Shown: piece after piece, positions 47,701 through 55,437 of the stretch
Layout of the letters: every line of letters starts with the position of its first letter
Numbering within the stretch: the stretch's first letter is position 1
Origin: Acinetobacter phage At2
Length of the DNA: 64,000 nt
Direction: 5' to 3' (one strand)
Sequence record: PQ656108.1
Notes under the pieces: model-generated
Databases searched by the model: none
What the model saw: the letters and a program-made list of their open reading frames with translations, nothing else
What the model was told of the DNA's origin: nothing
Translations under genes and position numbers: made by a program

Positions 47701-48731
47701 GCACCTGCAAGAGTACCTAATACTAAGTCTTGGTTTAATCCTTGAATAGCATCTTTACCAGATGAAATGTTAGAGATTACGTTCTCTAAAGAAGACTGTG
47801 CTGCTTCTTCTGCTGCTTCTGTTGCAGTACCCACAGCAAGTGATGTCATACCTTTAGAAGGAGTACGACCCATGCCACTAGCTACTTGATCAATATCAGA
47901 ACCACCAAAGCGGTTAGCTACACGTTGACCTGCTAAACCTACACCACCGCCTAATACACCAATACCTAAAGCACCTAATGCTTGTTCAGCAGTAGTATAG
48001 CCTTGAGCATTACGATCCATATTAGCTTGAGCTTGACCTGCCATAACGGTACCTTCACCGATAGCACCTGCCATACCTCGTGCACCTAATGCACCTGCAC
48101 CACGACCAATAGCACCACCTGCTAATAAAGATGGTACAGATTCAACAATAGTATTTGCTACTAAAGAAGGATTATCTAAAGCATAGCCAAGTGTTTGACC
48201 TAAGCTAGATAAGTTATCACCTAGGGACTTTTGAGTACTCATCCCAGGGATAGCAGCTAGTTCTTGAGCTTGTTGTAAACCTGCAGCAGAAGCTTGTTGT
48301 CCTATAATGTTCTTAGCATCAGCAAAGCGTACACCTGCATCATCCAATGCTTTAGTAAACCTACCACCTTGAACTTCCCAGTTTACTTCTGGGGCTAAAC
48401 CAATAGCAGCAAGAGCTTGTTGTGAGAGTTGTTGTGTTGATTGCAAACCAGTATCTAATAAGTCAACGATACCTGCACCTGCTTGAGGAACACCTACAAT
48501 ACCTTTACCTAATGCTACACCTGCATCTTGTGCATACTCACCAAGTGATCTGTAAGTCTCTTGTTGCATAGGTGTATTCACCAGTTGCTGTGCAGCTAGT
48601 GTAGGATCTGGAGCAATATAGTTATTCGCATAAGCAGTGTTAGCAATGTTTGTAGTTGATACCTTAGGGGCAAGTGATGCACTTACCCTGTCTAATGCAG
48701 CAGCTACTTGTAATGATTTATATGATGCCAT
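38703..48731 (-). CDS. giant virion-encapsidated RNA polymerase (N4 vRNAP-like, 3342 aa)
   Basis: T7-family RNAP motif A (FESDGVTNGPV, about aa 1453), motif B (RKGAKPITTTSNYGAG, about aa 1549) and motif C (VQNYHDAN, about aa 1810) in the correct order; size and position typical of N4-like phages. Confidence 0.8.
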   Translation of the reverse strand: MASYKSLQVAAALDRVSASLAPKVSTTNIANTAYANNYIAPDPTLAAQQLVNTPMQQETYRSLGEYAQDAGVALGKGIVGVPQAGAGIVDLLDTGLQSTQQLSQQALAAIGLAPEVNWEVQGGRFTKALDDAGVRFADAKNIIGQQASAAGLQQAQELAAIPGMSTQKSLGDNLSSLGQTLGYALDNPSLVANTIVESVPSLLAGGAIGRGAGALGARGMAGAIGEGTVMAGQAQANMDRNAQGYTTAEQALGALGIGVLGGGVGLAGQRVANRFGGSDIDQVASGMGRTPSKGMTSLAVGTATEAAEEAAQSSLENVISNISSGKDAIQGLNQDLVLGTLAGAGMGAGINAKSSLADAALSAITNAAVRQQERIRERMVENAPELSDTDTADLANPTSPDYNPTAAIIREAKAVTPQSSPEEIAAVRERVDTVMMDAETHLSGLESARDTLKGIDVLRNNIANGEAAIARFAETDPAKAEQITSIVDGLKEQYASVEQYVGKEKALDDAITHATTLVDEARTMHEKYSGILGGTPSSQTTEQKIFGAPTSYTPEQINAAINDPQISEASKVALRALSEAVAAQNAVKDIDAVNQQVVGKKFDANYRSTPQYLEQYSRAVKTGNAVQQSNLLREIGAFQQSHVQKAEVVAQGLQLAMSGQPTQVVRTEAGTWEINTGDWLSRSAARENGAITIRSPKQIEAVTKMNEYMQAEAQAITATQNAMLEMSKLQEPTSQPSVAPTAPMSFDDAMDSFNQEARDNYDFQSARRVEDPRNTQTRPGTTTATPGTGTTQAEVQPAQEGTPTTTNTEQRSVEGEVAQAERVASRSVSEDVATEVQTSTDKAITANQDVSTDTQPNETVVQETKQEAEPQDINSAETADKNAARTAERAKAPNKRNLVVDGFNKKDTILNKTANFITTTLNRSDNKTAVSEITGLYITDTQSKTVNDFVKFSNFMSSKLDGLIRERKGTTAKGNDYADFRYQDFNQFLLEDGQLPENTKTAISAAMFTWLGENGSKTLNTEREVASLLLVSNVEDIPQDIYSKFRTVGEHQSAVAASIGQKAVAALGLKTVSDVDPARKAKLEMAVGTLALVALNQNGYIERTEMPRAEFDAARDDLMATNEDSVNEDSAVADKSTISFIRPKTDDGVQPNKRVEQIIKSSKGSSGIVSKLFDMPSYNKLPSTEPVTSTPNTFNRMGSAIPSFAKDVYEKSQKNGYKMSATAMQFMDKVSRDDLKTLFGYVKQNEDGSFDGMHKRFWEGQEAANQALERSLDLIAEQRANLGDDSKEFFFEHTIWTNQRSGYDAAFNLQANKVHRAVAGMSAHITEVGVGEPTHNADGTTTKYGEFLQAVAMSAEGASDVLGIQTVDKMSSASFLPKFQEYLQRDYVQAGIESMASIIETKSTKEDIANIERVVKEFGMGPMSVRALQALAQHYIAERDGARTFTTDIAFESDGVTNGPVITNVALGTADADMLEAGGVFTNKAKTNVPTNKEQGKEDIYEQLGGVMQQMWAEYKADPNIKPKALASANALGVIYPAFGKRKGAKPITTTSNYGAGNASIIRANGREVLNAFYTGLEKAGKTNDMAAAQNLVDAVNAVIDYHNSFLGSVPRVVPQGNIMEFMLTAEQEKALLDVSAIQHGKAIKNTLETAMKDFQEVRDTLTAQAVAGFKVYELIRKAALEEAMKDTTDVITDAKGNRQEGLSSQQEKKVLKSIARYTPSVVSGMGNNSTNSKQSSIPLMKLDTAWDGTKMSEQQFNFVGTWDSKQGKGFSVRAYAKRDVVKDPGVSGLALIIQSIDAFIAHSALGAMPVQNYHDANASQVGQGKEMAKIQNEAFVDGLMTTHVNREFVRALMNPLQKLIDDKTFYKANKQAIDTAVEELGILPGMVKRAYERDLAKLDNMKSWVNVNQYGTEGGHFVMTNAKRKQIVDAVDKLRKDYKKDMAQANAIYEVLSSKPEPTTIQDYLDQDGTMKGSDLVPMLQAELKQFHNSEGNKGKFSQFYDAMLDLITERMPEGLEVNYFSDLDAPENANGVKEAMDNNNPAWFTTGKDGNPQINILRSDSPIRAQMLVHELVHAITVDSIAQVRKDPKTHAKAKESLDKIDALYEHIKSQVEADPNASDVIKYGVKNVEEFIATGFSYPEFVDYLDRTMAPKAARGKDRIITALRSFVENILGVLESFTGRKYSAKDATALEALIIDTTELLGRTDANTTPTATIFGAPQQARDTVDTYSSQQVFEALNSNLDPAFKARLSELMRTVSDTIYRGLDDTFLTKDGNWSPEQAWDDYINQGNAMTTETAVTAGFRMTDQESFAVESLYTALVAGMRDKTMTQVYAEMDKAYRSAKAKLKPESFHEGDWATADIDDKQAAQDMYDFLFKLGRDNPEPLARFTAMALGSQQLNSLLGFAVSGVDTKPDTNYERIVEAVNKVLDFVFGLMTNSRKGQAVNSKLELLSKELARIDAKNREFAVSKLEAQMEKLTDYTDGVSQKVRDRLVSLAEKDALAKSRFTAVRLASNVTRLSAKGDLWTTLDVVKEMATMDNPNQKLGLFGEIINEAANNDGTKNAVERMLRITKLNNQTKENLRDTTSKNVMSTFEENGQYLTKDDKTAITTMLRADLGALTDQYSTKEIAKLYADKSFNNKEIASIESVLNDQVIANRAKQLAKYMITGKASPGLAKNARLVVSGFNNELVPENDPRIALADKLASLYAINYTDNATKNLLIRVFNRELKNKTNGIDTSIKFHKELAKVAKDTLFADNSVSVTKGYMPEITNPNRDIRIAGSDAEAQILKQQYYKEVRVLGKDLTDPRTNTNRLFMTEEANIQRLVSGAIEVVSTNRKGTQVFMEGKELAATINKVSRAVPTDKNYNPMSDKNVYMVPNYDTQGKVIGFSYEMSGKNRDTLLERNNDFAELLGAYAATNFNKVTVPHQNNDVVDAAYEDYKANFASNPRAYVTVGPNSTDYGLREIWALLPEDTRQHITSVWGKDGMLVRNDVLLTMFGYRKYSLNQAFDKMDEAKSMFEKIYTGTMVELFGNNAKLKGVRFERAWQEGVSLMKDIIVIRNVKTMLANTMSNAMLLMAHGVSPTDIVKDSMLAIRSGLAYRKSMARLMAIRQNQRAGVGDFNKLEQEALALEHSISRNPLAGFIEEGMMPTIVEDVDPSTDHYSYKSRLQEKVDNLTSGVPKSVKTAAKWAFVSPDTPLYKFLNNATQFSDFSSKYVMYKYYTQKAKEKLSHEDAIQIASDNFVNYDVPTARGLQYLNDMGIVMFTKYNIRIQKALFQLLKKRPATAMAQAVFINSFTNLEAGIDPLIWFNMGNPMRGGALGLPSALDEPLPIKMMTGMF

Positions 48732-48796
48732 GTTAAGTCCTTAAATAAGAAAAGCACGTAATTATACGTGCCTATCCTACCAGAACCTAAAAAGAA

Positions 48797-50506
48797 TTAC
48801 TTCTTCTTCTTGCCATACATCTGTTCATAGAGTGTAGGGTTAATTAATTTAAGTGCTTGTTTCCTGTCTGGAGGTGTAGCACCTGAATCTTGATACTTAC
48901 GCTGTAAAGCAGTAATAGCACTGTTAAGAGCAGCATCTTGACTTGCTTTAAAGGTAGCGGTCTGATTCTTAATATATTCCTTAGCCCTGTTATCAATAAA
49001 ATTTTTAACAGACTGGTTAGGAACATATTCATTCAGTGCGGTACTGTTTACAAAATTATATGTACCTTCAAGGATATTAACCTTAGCTTCCTCAGGCAAA
49101 GAAGACCATACCTTATTATTTTTAGCCATAGCCACAATATCATTTGATTTCGTAATAATAGGGTTAAGTCCACCTTTGGTAAAAGAAAACTCTTTCTTAC
49201 CTGCTAACCAAGCATCAACACCTTTTGAACCACCTGCTATAGAGCCTTTCTGTTGACTGGCTGCCTTACTAGAGTTGTATGCAGCAGTGGCTTTATCAAT
49301 AGCAGTGTTATAGGCACTACGCACTTCTGTTAATGCTTGAGGAGTAATACCCTTTACAGCAGCAGAAGCTTGAGTAGTAGTACTACCTTTAGAACCACCT
49401 AGAACCTTAGGAACATAGTCACGTGTTTCTTTAGGCAACTTAGACAACCAATTAGCACCACCTTTCTTAATGGCATCTTGTACTGCCCCAGGCCCTGCAT
49501 TATATGCAGCTACAGCTTGTTCAGTAGTAAAGTTATGCGCCTTAGCAATACGTTGAATATATTGGTTTGCCCATGCTACTTGTTGATCTGGAGTAGTAGT
49601 CTGTAAGTTAATAGGTTGCATACCATAGCCAGGCTTTGCTGCAGTAGCAGGCATAATCTGAGCAATACCCAAAGCACCTTTAGGAGATCGAGTAAGATTA
49701 CCTTTACTGTCAGTATGTCTAAAACCTGATTCAGTACGTACGATATTACCCATCAGATCACTAATACCCATAAAGGCTTCTAACTTTGTAGGGTTAGCTA
49801 CAGTAGTCACATTACCATTAGCATCAATGGTTTGTGTTGTAGTACCTGCCTCAGGCATCAAAGCATTTACAGCATTGATATTGGCATTCTGCTGTTGTAA
49901 ACCAAATGACTTATTCCACTGATCCTGTTGGATTAAATCCTGTTGAACCTTGTAGTTATAGTCACGATCATTAACACCCTTACGATAGTTAAAGTCACGG
50001 GTATCCCTTAAGTCACCAACCATCTGCTGTGCTTGCTGTGAAAGGTCTACACCTTGAATAGCATTAAATGCAGCTAACTGTTCAGGAGTAGCATTAGCCT
50101 GTTGAAGCCTAGAAGCATATAAAGCATTTAACTGAGGTATTGCAGCCTGTGCAGCTTGAGCATTCTGTAAATTAATATTCTGAAGATCACGGGCAGCTAA
50201 AGTAGACCCACGAGTATCAATAGCATTCCGTACCGCACTTTGATCATAACCACGCCCATACTGCTGTTGCAGTGCTTGGACTGCGTTCATTGCGTTAGGT
50301 AAGTCTGCTGAGGTCTGAGCACGCATAAGCGTATTCAGAATCTCATCAGTATTACGTTGTTTAAGAGCATCTGCATAATCACCTACAGCTTGGCCCATAG
50401 CGGCAATCCCCGCATTAACTTGTTGATTGCCTTGGGTAAGTGAAGCAATGTTAGCAGCCTGATCTAAGGGACGAATAAACTCCCAATCATACTGAGATCT
50501 TGCCAT
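48797..50506 (-). CDS. virion-associated lytic transglycosylase (SLT domain)
   Basis: SLT motifs TESGF (catalytic Glu), GALGIAQIMPATA, AYNAGPGAV. Confidence 0.65.
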   Translation of the reverse strand: MARSQYDWEFIRPLDQAANIASLTQGNQQVNAGIAAMGQAVGDYADALKQRNTDEILNTLMRAQTSADLPNAMNAVQALQQQYGRGYDQSAVRNAIDTRGSTLAARDLQNINLQNAQAAQAAIPQLNALYASRLQQANATPEQLAAFNAIQGVDLSQQAQQMVGDLRDTRDFNYRKGVNDRDYNYKVQQDLIQQDQWNKSFGLQQQNANINAVNALMPEAGTTTQTIDANGNVTTVANPTKLEAFMGISDLMGNIVRTESGFRHTDSKGNLTRSPKGALGIAQIMPATAAKPGYGMQPINLQTTTPDQQVAWANQYIQRIAKAHNFTTEQAVAAYNAGPGAVQDAIKKGGANWLSKLPKETRDYVPKVLGGSKGSTTTQASAAVKGITPQALTEVRSAYNTAIDKATAAYNSSKAASQQKGSIAGGSKGVDAWLAGKKEFSFTKGGLNPIITKSNDIVAMAKNNKVWSSLPEEAKVNILEGTYNFVNSTALNEYVPNQSVKNFIDNRAKEYIKNQTATFKASQDAALNSAITALQRKYQDSGATPPDRKQALKLINPTLYEQMYGKKKK

Positions 50507-51000
50507 TATTTAACTCCGTACTTCTTCATGTAATCAGATACAGATTCATAGGCAACTGGGTTAGAAGCTACACGTGCACGTTGACGGTCTTCTAAGTTAC
50601 GGTTGATATTCTGTTTAGATAGGTTCATCTGTTCACGGAATTGATTAGCCTGTTGGTTCATGTTTTCACGTACAAGCTTATTCTGTTGGAATCCTTGCCA
50701 TGCACCAATACCACCAGTAATTAAACCAATACCAGATTTAAGTAAGTCTGAGTTATTAGATAACCAGTTGTTGGTACCACTTATCCAGTTACTTCCTGCA
50801 GGATAGTTACCAATCTCAGTACCCATAGCAGAGCCTACAGATTGATATGTAGGGTTATTACCGAGAGCATTATAGTTACCACCGAAGTCTAAACTTGGTA
50901 GTGAATAGCCTGTTGTAGTGTTAGGCGCAATGCCACCTAGCCCACCAGGTTGACCTAGTTGAAGGCCAGGAGTGTTATAGTTCAGGAACGGATAATTCAT
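50506..51000 (-). CDS. Gly/Asn-rich virion protein (164 aa)
   Basis: ORF track; low-complexity; inside the structural operon. Confidence 0.45.
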   Translation of the reverse strand: MNYPFLNYNTPGLQLGQPGGLGGIAPNTTTGYSLPSLDFGGNYNALGNNPTYQSVGSAMGTEIGNYPAGSNWISGTNNWLSNNSDLLKSGIGLITGGIGAWQGFQQNKLVRENMNQQANQFREQMNLSKQNINRNLEDRQRARVASNPVAYESVSDYMKKYGVK

Positions 51001-53362
51001 CAGTTCTCTCCTTAATTCTGTTTAAGATAGTTTCCCGTGTAGGTAACGTAAGTGACTCTGACACGTTGTTTTCTAGGATGTAGTATATAGCAGTTCCTAC
51101 GTTAGATACATGAACACTTCTTGAGTAGTAATCTTCTACTGGTTCACCCATACGAACACCAATATTCAAAGGAGGTTCAAACATCAGTAAGGTAGAGTCT
51201 CCTGCTACACCTAATTCCTCATACTTCTGTTTAAGTGCTTTCTGTTCAGCAGATAGTTCTGCAAACAAAGATGTGTATTGTTTGATGGTTTCCTTAAGCT
51301 GTAAAGCAAAGCCTTGAGCTGACATAGAGAAAGCTTGGGTAGCAATAGTTAGTAGCTGAGCTGCTGTCACACCTGCCATAGCTACATCTTTAATAGCACC
51401 ATAAGCACCAAACACTGCAGCTACTACAGCAGCTACAGCAGCAACAATACCTACATCCACACCCATATTAACCAATAGTTTTACGGCTAGCTGTAGTACT
51501 AGCCCAATGGCAATAGCTTGAGCTACTGCTACTGCTGCAGCAACAATATAAGCAGATAGTGGAGCACCTGCACCTACAGTAACCACAGAGATAATAATAG
51601 CAATTACAATCATAATGGCTTGGAAGATACCAGTCTGATACCACTTCTTCTTAATAACCTTTACCGTATTAATAATGATATGCATAGACTTAGTGTAGAG
51701 TTCTTCTAACTGCTTATTATTGAATTCATGGTTTAAGCTGATATCAATAGGTATCATCAAGTTAGCTGAGTCACCCGAGGCAGTAGTGTTATAACCACCA
51801 ATTACATGTTCAGAGCAAGCTAAACCATACACTCTAATCTCACGGTATACGTTGGGTGCAATCTGTTTCCTATAGAAATGGTGGACAATAGAAGACATAG
51901 GCCTAAACACACTTCCAGGTCTGCCAGTGAATACATACTCTTTTCTCATACCAGAAGCTACTGATCCTACCTTACCGATAGAGCCTTGTATATCCATGAA
52001 ACCAATAGAAGTAAATGCTACTGTCTGAGTGTACTCTTCATCCTTAATAACAATAGATTGTCCTTCTTTAGAGCCATAAGACAACATCTCTAATTTAAGG
52101 TCACTAAAGCTACTGTTAGCAAACTTCTGAGGAATACGACCATACAAGTCAAGGAAGTACTCATATAAATACTCCTGTACTAATGGATCTTCTGTATTGG
52201 CAGGTACAGCATGTGTCATAAGGATCTGTGATACATCACCAACTGAACCTACAGACTTATGTACTTCATCTACCCAGTTAGACCAGTTCATACCTAGCTT
52301 CCTACCTAGGCCTACCATAGCTTTATACTTATCAGTATCTTCTAAGGATTCATCATTACACTTCATACCATTCATACGTGCATATACACGTGGGATAAAC
52401 TGTCCATAGCTATCAGTAACATTGAATAAGTTATCAAGCCTTTGGTTTAAACCAGACCCATATAAATAGATAAATATGCCTTCTTTAGATACACCATTTT
52501 CAGTGTATGTATAGTTAGCTTGGTAATAATCCTGTCCATCTAAAGTAGGCTCTACAGCTTCCGTAATAGCATCTGGTTGTATGTTATTAGTATCAGAATC
52601 ATCAAGTCCTTCTTCTATCGGTTTAGATGAAGATTCATAAGCAAGGAAATCTACAGTAAGATCATAAGTCTTCTTAGCTCCTGCAGCATCTTTATAGACC
52701 ACAGTTACTACAGCAATATCATGATCACCTTCATAGTCAGTTACCCAAGGTACATGAGGTGCCTTAGGGTTAGCAGGTCTGAATGGTGTATATCCTGCTT
52801 CTGCAGATAGACCATATTGGTTTAAAGTATCTGGATCTACCTGAGCATCAGTAGAATACTTACTATATTTAATTACTGCTGATTCCATATAACAAGGGAA
52901 ACCAATACGAGCAGATTCATCTACTAACTCATTAGTATCGTAGTTATATCCATACTTCTGCCATAGGATAGGTTTAAGGAAGTAGTAGTTATTCATTGGC
53001 CCAAAGTAAGCATTATGAACTACTACACCTTGAGGGTAGAGTCTTTCTAATTCGTCTGCTACAGCGCCTTTAACATCTACATTAAATTGACTAACAATAT
53101 CTGTCTTAGCAGCACCATAGGCGTAACCTGCTTTCTTAGAATAGTTATATCCTTTCTTTGCCCTAGCTACTGAGTTATTTACAGTGGCACTAATCATATA
53201 GTCAGCAATAGATGATGCATTTACATTATTAGTAGATGAGTCGCTACTCATCACATAGTTAAGTATTGCCATCTTATTAGAGGGAACAATAGATGCATCA
53301 TCCACTGCCCTACTAATAGAGGTATATACCTGAGTCTTTTTCTTGGTTTTAAATAAAGACAT
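50975..53362 (-). CDS. large virion protein with internal multi-helix hydrophobic segment (795 aa)
   Basis: About 120 residues of Ala/Val/Ile-rich predicted TM helices (IMIVIAIIISVVTVGAG ... VAAVAAVVAAVFGAYGAI). Confidence 0.55.
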   Translation of the reverse strand: MSLFKTKKKTQVYTSISRAVDDASIVPSNKMAILNYVMSSDSSTNNVNASSIADYMISATVNNSVARAKKGYNYSKKAGYAYGAAKTDIVSQFNVDVKGAVADELERLYPQGVVVHNAYFGPMNNYYFLKPILWQKYGYNYDTNELVDESARIGFPCYMESAVIKYSKYSTDAQVDPDTLNQYGLSAEAGYTPFRPANPKAPHVPWVTDYEGDHDIAVVTVVYKDAAGAKKTYDLTVDFLAYESSSKPIEEGLDDSDTNNIQPDAITEAVEPTLDGQDYYQANYTYTENGVSKEGIFIYLYGSGLNQRLDNLFNVTDSYGQFIPRVYARMNGMKCNDESLEDTDKYKAMVGLGRKLGMNWSNWVDEVHKSVGSVGDVSQILMTHAVPANTEDPLVQEYLYEYFLDLYGRIPQKFANSSFSDLKLEMLSYGSKEGQSIVIKDEEYTQTVAFTSIGFMDIQGSIGKVGSVASGMRKEYVFTGRPGSVFRPMSSIVHHFYRKQIAPNVYREIRVYGLACSEHVIGGYNTTASGDSANLMIPIDISLNHEFNNKQLEELYTKSMHIIINTVKVIKKKWYQTGIFQAIMIVIAIIISVVTVGAGAPLSAYIVAAAVAVAQAIAIGLVLQLAVKLLVNMGVDVGIVAAVAAVVAAVFGAYGAIKDVAMAGVTAAQLLTIATQAFSMSAQGFALQLKETIKQYTSLFAELSAEQKALKQKYEELGVAGDSTLLMFEPPLNIGVRMGEPVEDYYSRSVHVSNVGTAIYYILENNVSESLTLPTRETILNRIKERTDELSVPEL

Positions 53363-53370
53363 TGGTTTCT

Positions 53371-53399
53371 CCTAAAAAGAAAGGGGGCTAATTGCCCCC
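53371..53399 (-). terminator. terminator on the minus strand (gggggc-taatt-gccccc then T-run)
   Basis: Seen directly. Confidence 0.5.
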
Positions 53400-53414
53400 T
53401 ATTCTACAGTAGTC

Positions 53415-54773
53415 TTATATACCTGAGGTATTAGGCTGTAAGCCTGAGTCAGTCAATAAGCCTTGTACAGCTACACCAATGTTAGCATCATGCAACTGGT
53501 TAGTTACGTTGGCTTCTGTACCTTCATCAGAGTTACGTCTTACGTTCCAAGTATCAACAAGGATCTTAGTTGCCTTCTGTAACTTATCAGACTTATAACC
53601 CTCAGCCTGGGCCATGAGGACTGCTACGTTAGCACCGAGTACAGAACCAGGTAATGCAATATTACCTTGAGTCTGAGCCTTCTCAGTATCTACCTTCTGC
53701 TTATACAAGTCAGCTTGTGCTTGTTGAGATTCAATAGCTGCTAGCTGTACTTGGATCTCTTGACGCTTAACTTCTAATTCAGCTTCCGATAAGAGTAACT
53801 GTTTACCTTGAAGTAATAATTGACCTTGCTTAAGCTCAATATCCTTCTCAGCAATCTGGTTCTGCTTAGTCATGTTAGCCACACGAGCCTGAATCTCTTC
53901 AATCTCATACGGAACACGAGTAGTTTGAGCAGCTACTTGATCTTTCTGAGCAGTCACTAAATCTTTCTGTTCAGATAAGTTTTCACCAGTCTTAACTAAG
54001 TTAGCTACTTCAACAGGAGCTTTATTTAGTAAGTCATAAGTTAACTGGTCTTTGTTAGCAGTAGTTAATGCAGTCTGTGCATCAGCCTGTAGAGCTTGTT
54101 TCTCTAGGAGAGCAATCTCTTTAGGAATACGGGTATTCTGCAAGTTACTACCTTCTACTTGAGACTGTAGCAATTCATTCTGAGTAGTAGCATTGGTTAC
54201 TTGCTTTTGTAGCAACTCTACTTCTACTGGAATCTTAGCTAACTCTGCAGTTACCTGATCTACACGCTTATTAGTAAGTGTGGTTTCAGCACCTACTTGA
54301 GATACTTGAGCAGTTAACAAGTTACCTTGGATTGGTACTAGCAATAACTCTTCTTGTACCTTGGCTTTGTTTGCTTCTGTCAATGCAGTACTAGCTTGGA
54401 TATTAGCAACCTCTGCAGGTAGCTTAGTAGTAGTCTCAGCAATGATCTGAGCAGCTTGAGCTTCAGCTAATTTAATCTGAGCTTCAATTAGTAAACCTTG
54501 TTTCTTCTGGTTTTCTAATTCAATACCCATCATCTTAGATCTATGAAGGTAATCAATAGAAGCTGCAAGTGTTGCCTGTAGACCGCCTAGGTATACCTGA
54601 GAATATTCAGGGCCGCGTATGCGACCCTTTTCAAATTCCTGCTGCATGTGTAATGCAGTAGATGCCATAAGCACATCAAATACACCAGTACCATCTAAGG
54701 CATTAGTCGTTAACTCTTTTATATCTAACTGATCAATCTGAGCTAACGTAATGTCTATATTGGTAGATGCCAT
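53415..54773 (-). CDS. coiled-coil virion protein (452 aa)
   Basis: Extended heptad-like Gln/Ala/Leu/Glu-rich sequence. Confidence 0.5.
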   Translation of the reverse strand: MASTNIDITLAQIDQLDIKELTTNALDGTGVFDVLMASTALHMQQEFEKGRIRGPEYSQVYLGGLQATLAASIDYLHRSKMMGIELENQKKQGLLIEAQIKLAEAQAAQIIAETTTKLPAEVANIQASTALTEANKAKVQEELLLVPIQGNLLTAQVSQVGAETTLTNKRVDQVTAELAKIPVEVELLQKQVTNATTQNELLQSQVEGSNLQNTRIPKEIALLEKQALQADAQTALTTANKDQLTYDLLNKAPVEVANLVKTGENLSEQKDLVTAQKDQVAAQTTRVPYEIEEIQARVANMTKQNQIAEKDIELKQGQLLLQGKQLLLSEAELEVKRQEIQVQLAAIESQQAQADLYKQKVDTEKAQTQGNIALPGSVLGANVAVLMAQAEGYKSDKLQKATKILVDTWNVRRNSDEGTEANVTNQLHDANIGVAVQGLLTDSGLQPNTSGI

Positions 54774-54784
54774 AGTTTTATTCC

Positions 54785-55375
54785 TTATTCTTCATCTTCT
54801 AAAGAGCGTGTACGGATTTGGTGATCTGCAAGCTTATCAAGCTCTTCTTGAGTAAGCGGAGGCAATTCAGTGATGTTATACGCAGGTACCAAACGGGCAG
54901 TAGTTTCAGTAGCACCACGAGCATTCTTTTTAGAAGTAAACAGTTGGAACTTCTTTTCACGAATAGTGTTTAACAAGATTTGCTCTACATGCCATTCAAC
55001 ACCAAAAGGGATAACACGTTTAACTGTACCTAATACAGAGTTACCTGCACAGAATACATCAGAGTCCATGTTAGCAGCTTTAAGTGAGTCCATCGGGGTA
55101 ATGATTACACGTACCAATTTCATAGCATCATTATGCAGTTTACGGATACGATCTTCTTCAAGCTCACGTGCTGATTTGGTTGGTTTGGTTTCAGTAGCAG
55201 TAGGCTCTGGTTCAGAGTCTTCACCACCAATAGGCTGATTCAATTTATCTTGGATTGCCTTCTGTAATGTTGCAACTGATACATTTGACTTATACGAAAT
55301 GCCTAAGCGGTCTGCCTGTTTCTTGAGTGATGCAATTGCTTGATCTAATTCAACTGTATTTTGAGTTTCTGACAT
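54785..55375 (-). CDS. virion protein (196 aa)
   Basis: ORF track; structural operon context. Confidence 0.45.
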   Translation of the reverse strand: MSETQNTVELDQAIASLKKQADRLGISYKSNVSVATLQKAIQDKLNQPIGGEDSEPEPTATETKPTKSARELEEDRIRKLHNDAMKLVRVIITPMDSLKAANMDSDVFCAGNSVLGTVKRVIPFGVEWHVEQILLNTIREKKFQLFTSKKNARGATETTARLVPAYNITELPPLTQEELDKLADHQIRTRSLEDEE

Positions 55376-55397
55376 GGTAGTTACCTTTAATTATTTA

Positions 55398-55427
55398 GAG
55401 TGAAATAAAGGGGAGAACTAGCTCCCC
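55398..55427 (-). terminator. terminator downstream of the capsid gene (ggggag-loop-ctcccc then TTTATTT on the minus strand)
   Basis: Seen directly. Confidence 0.55.
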
Positions 55428-55437
55428 TTATTTGTTA

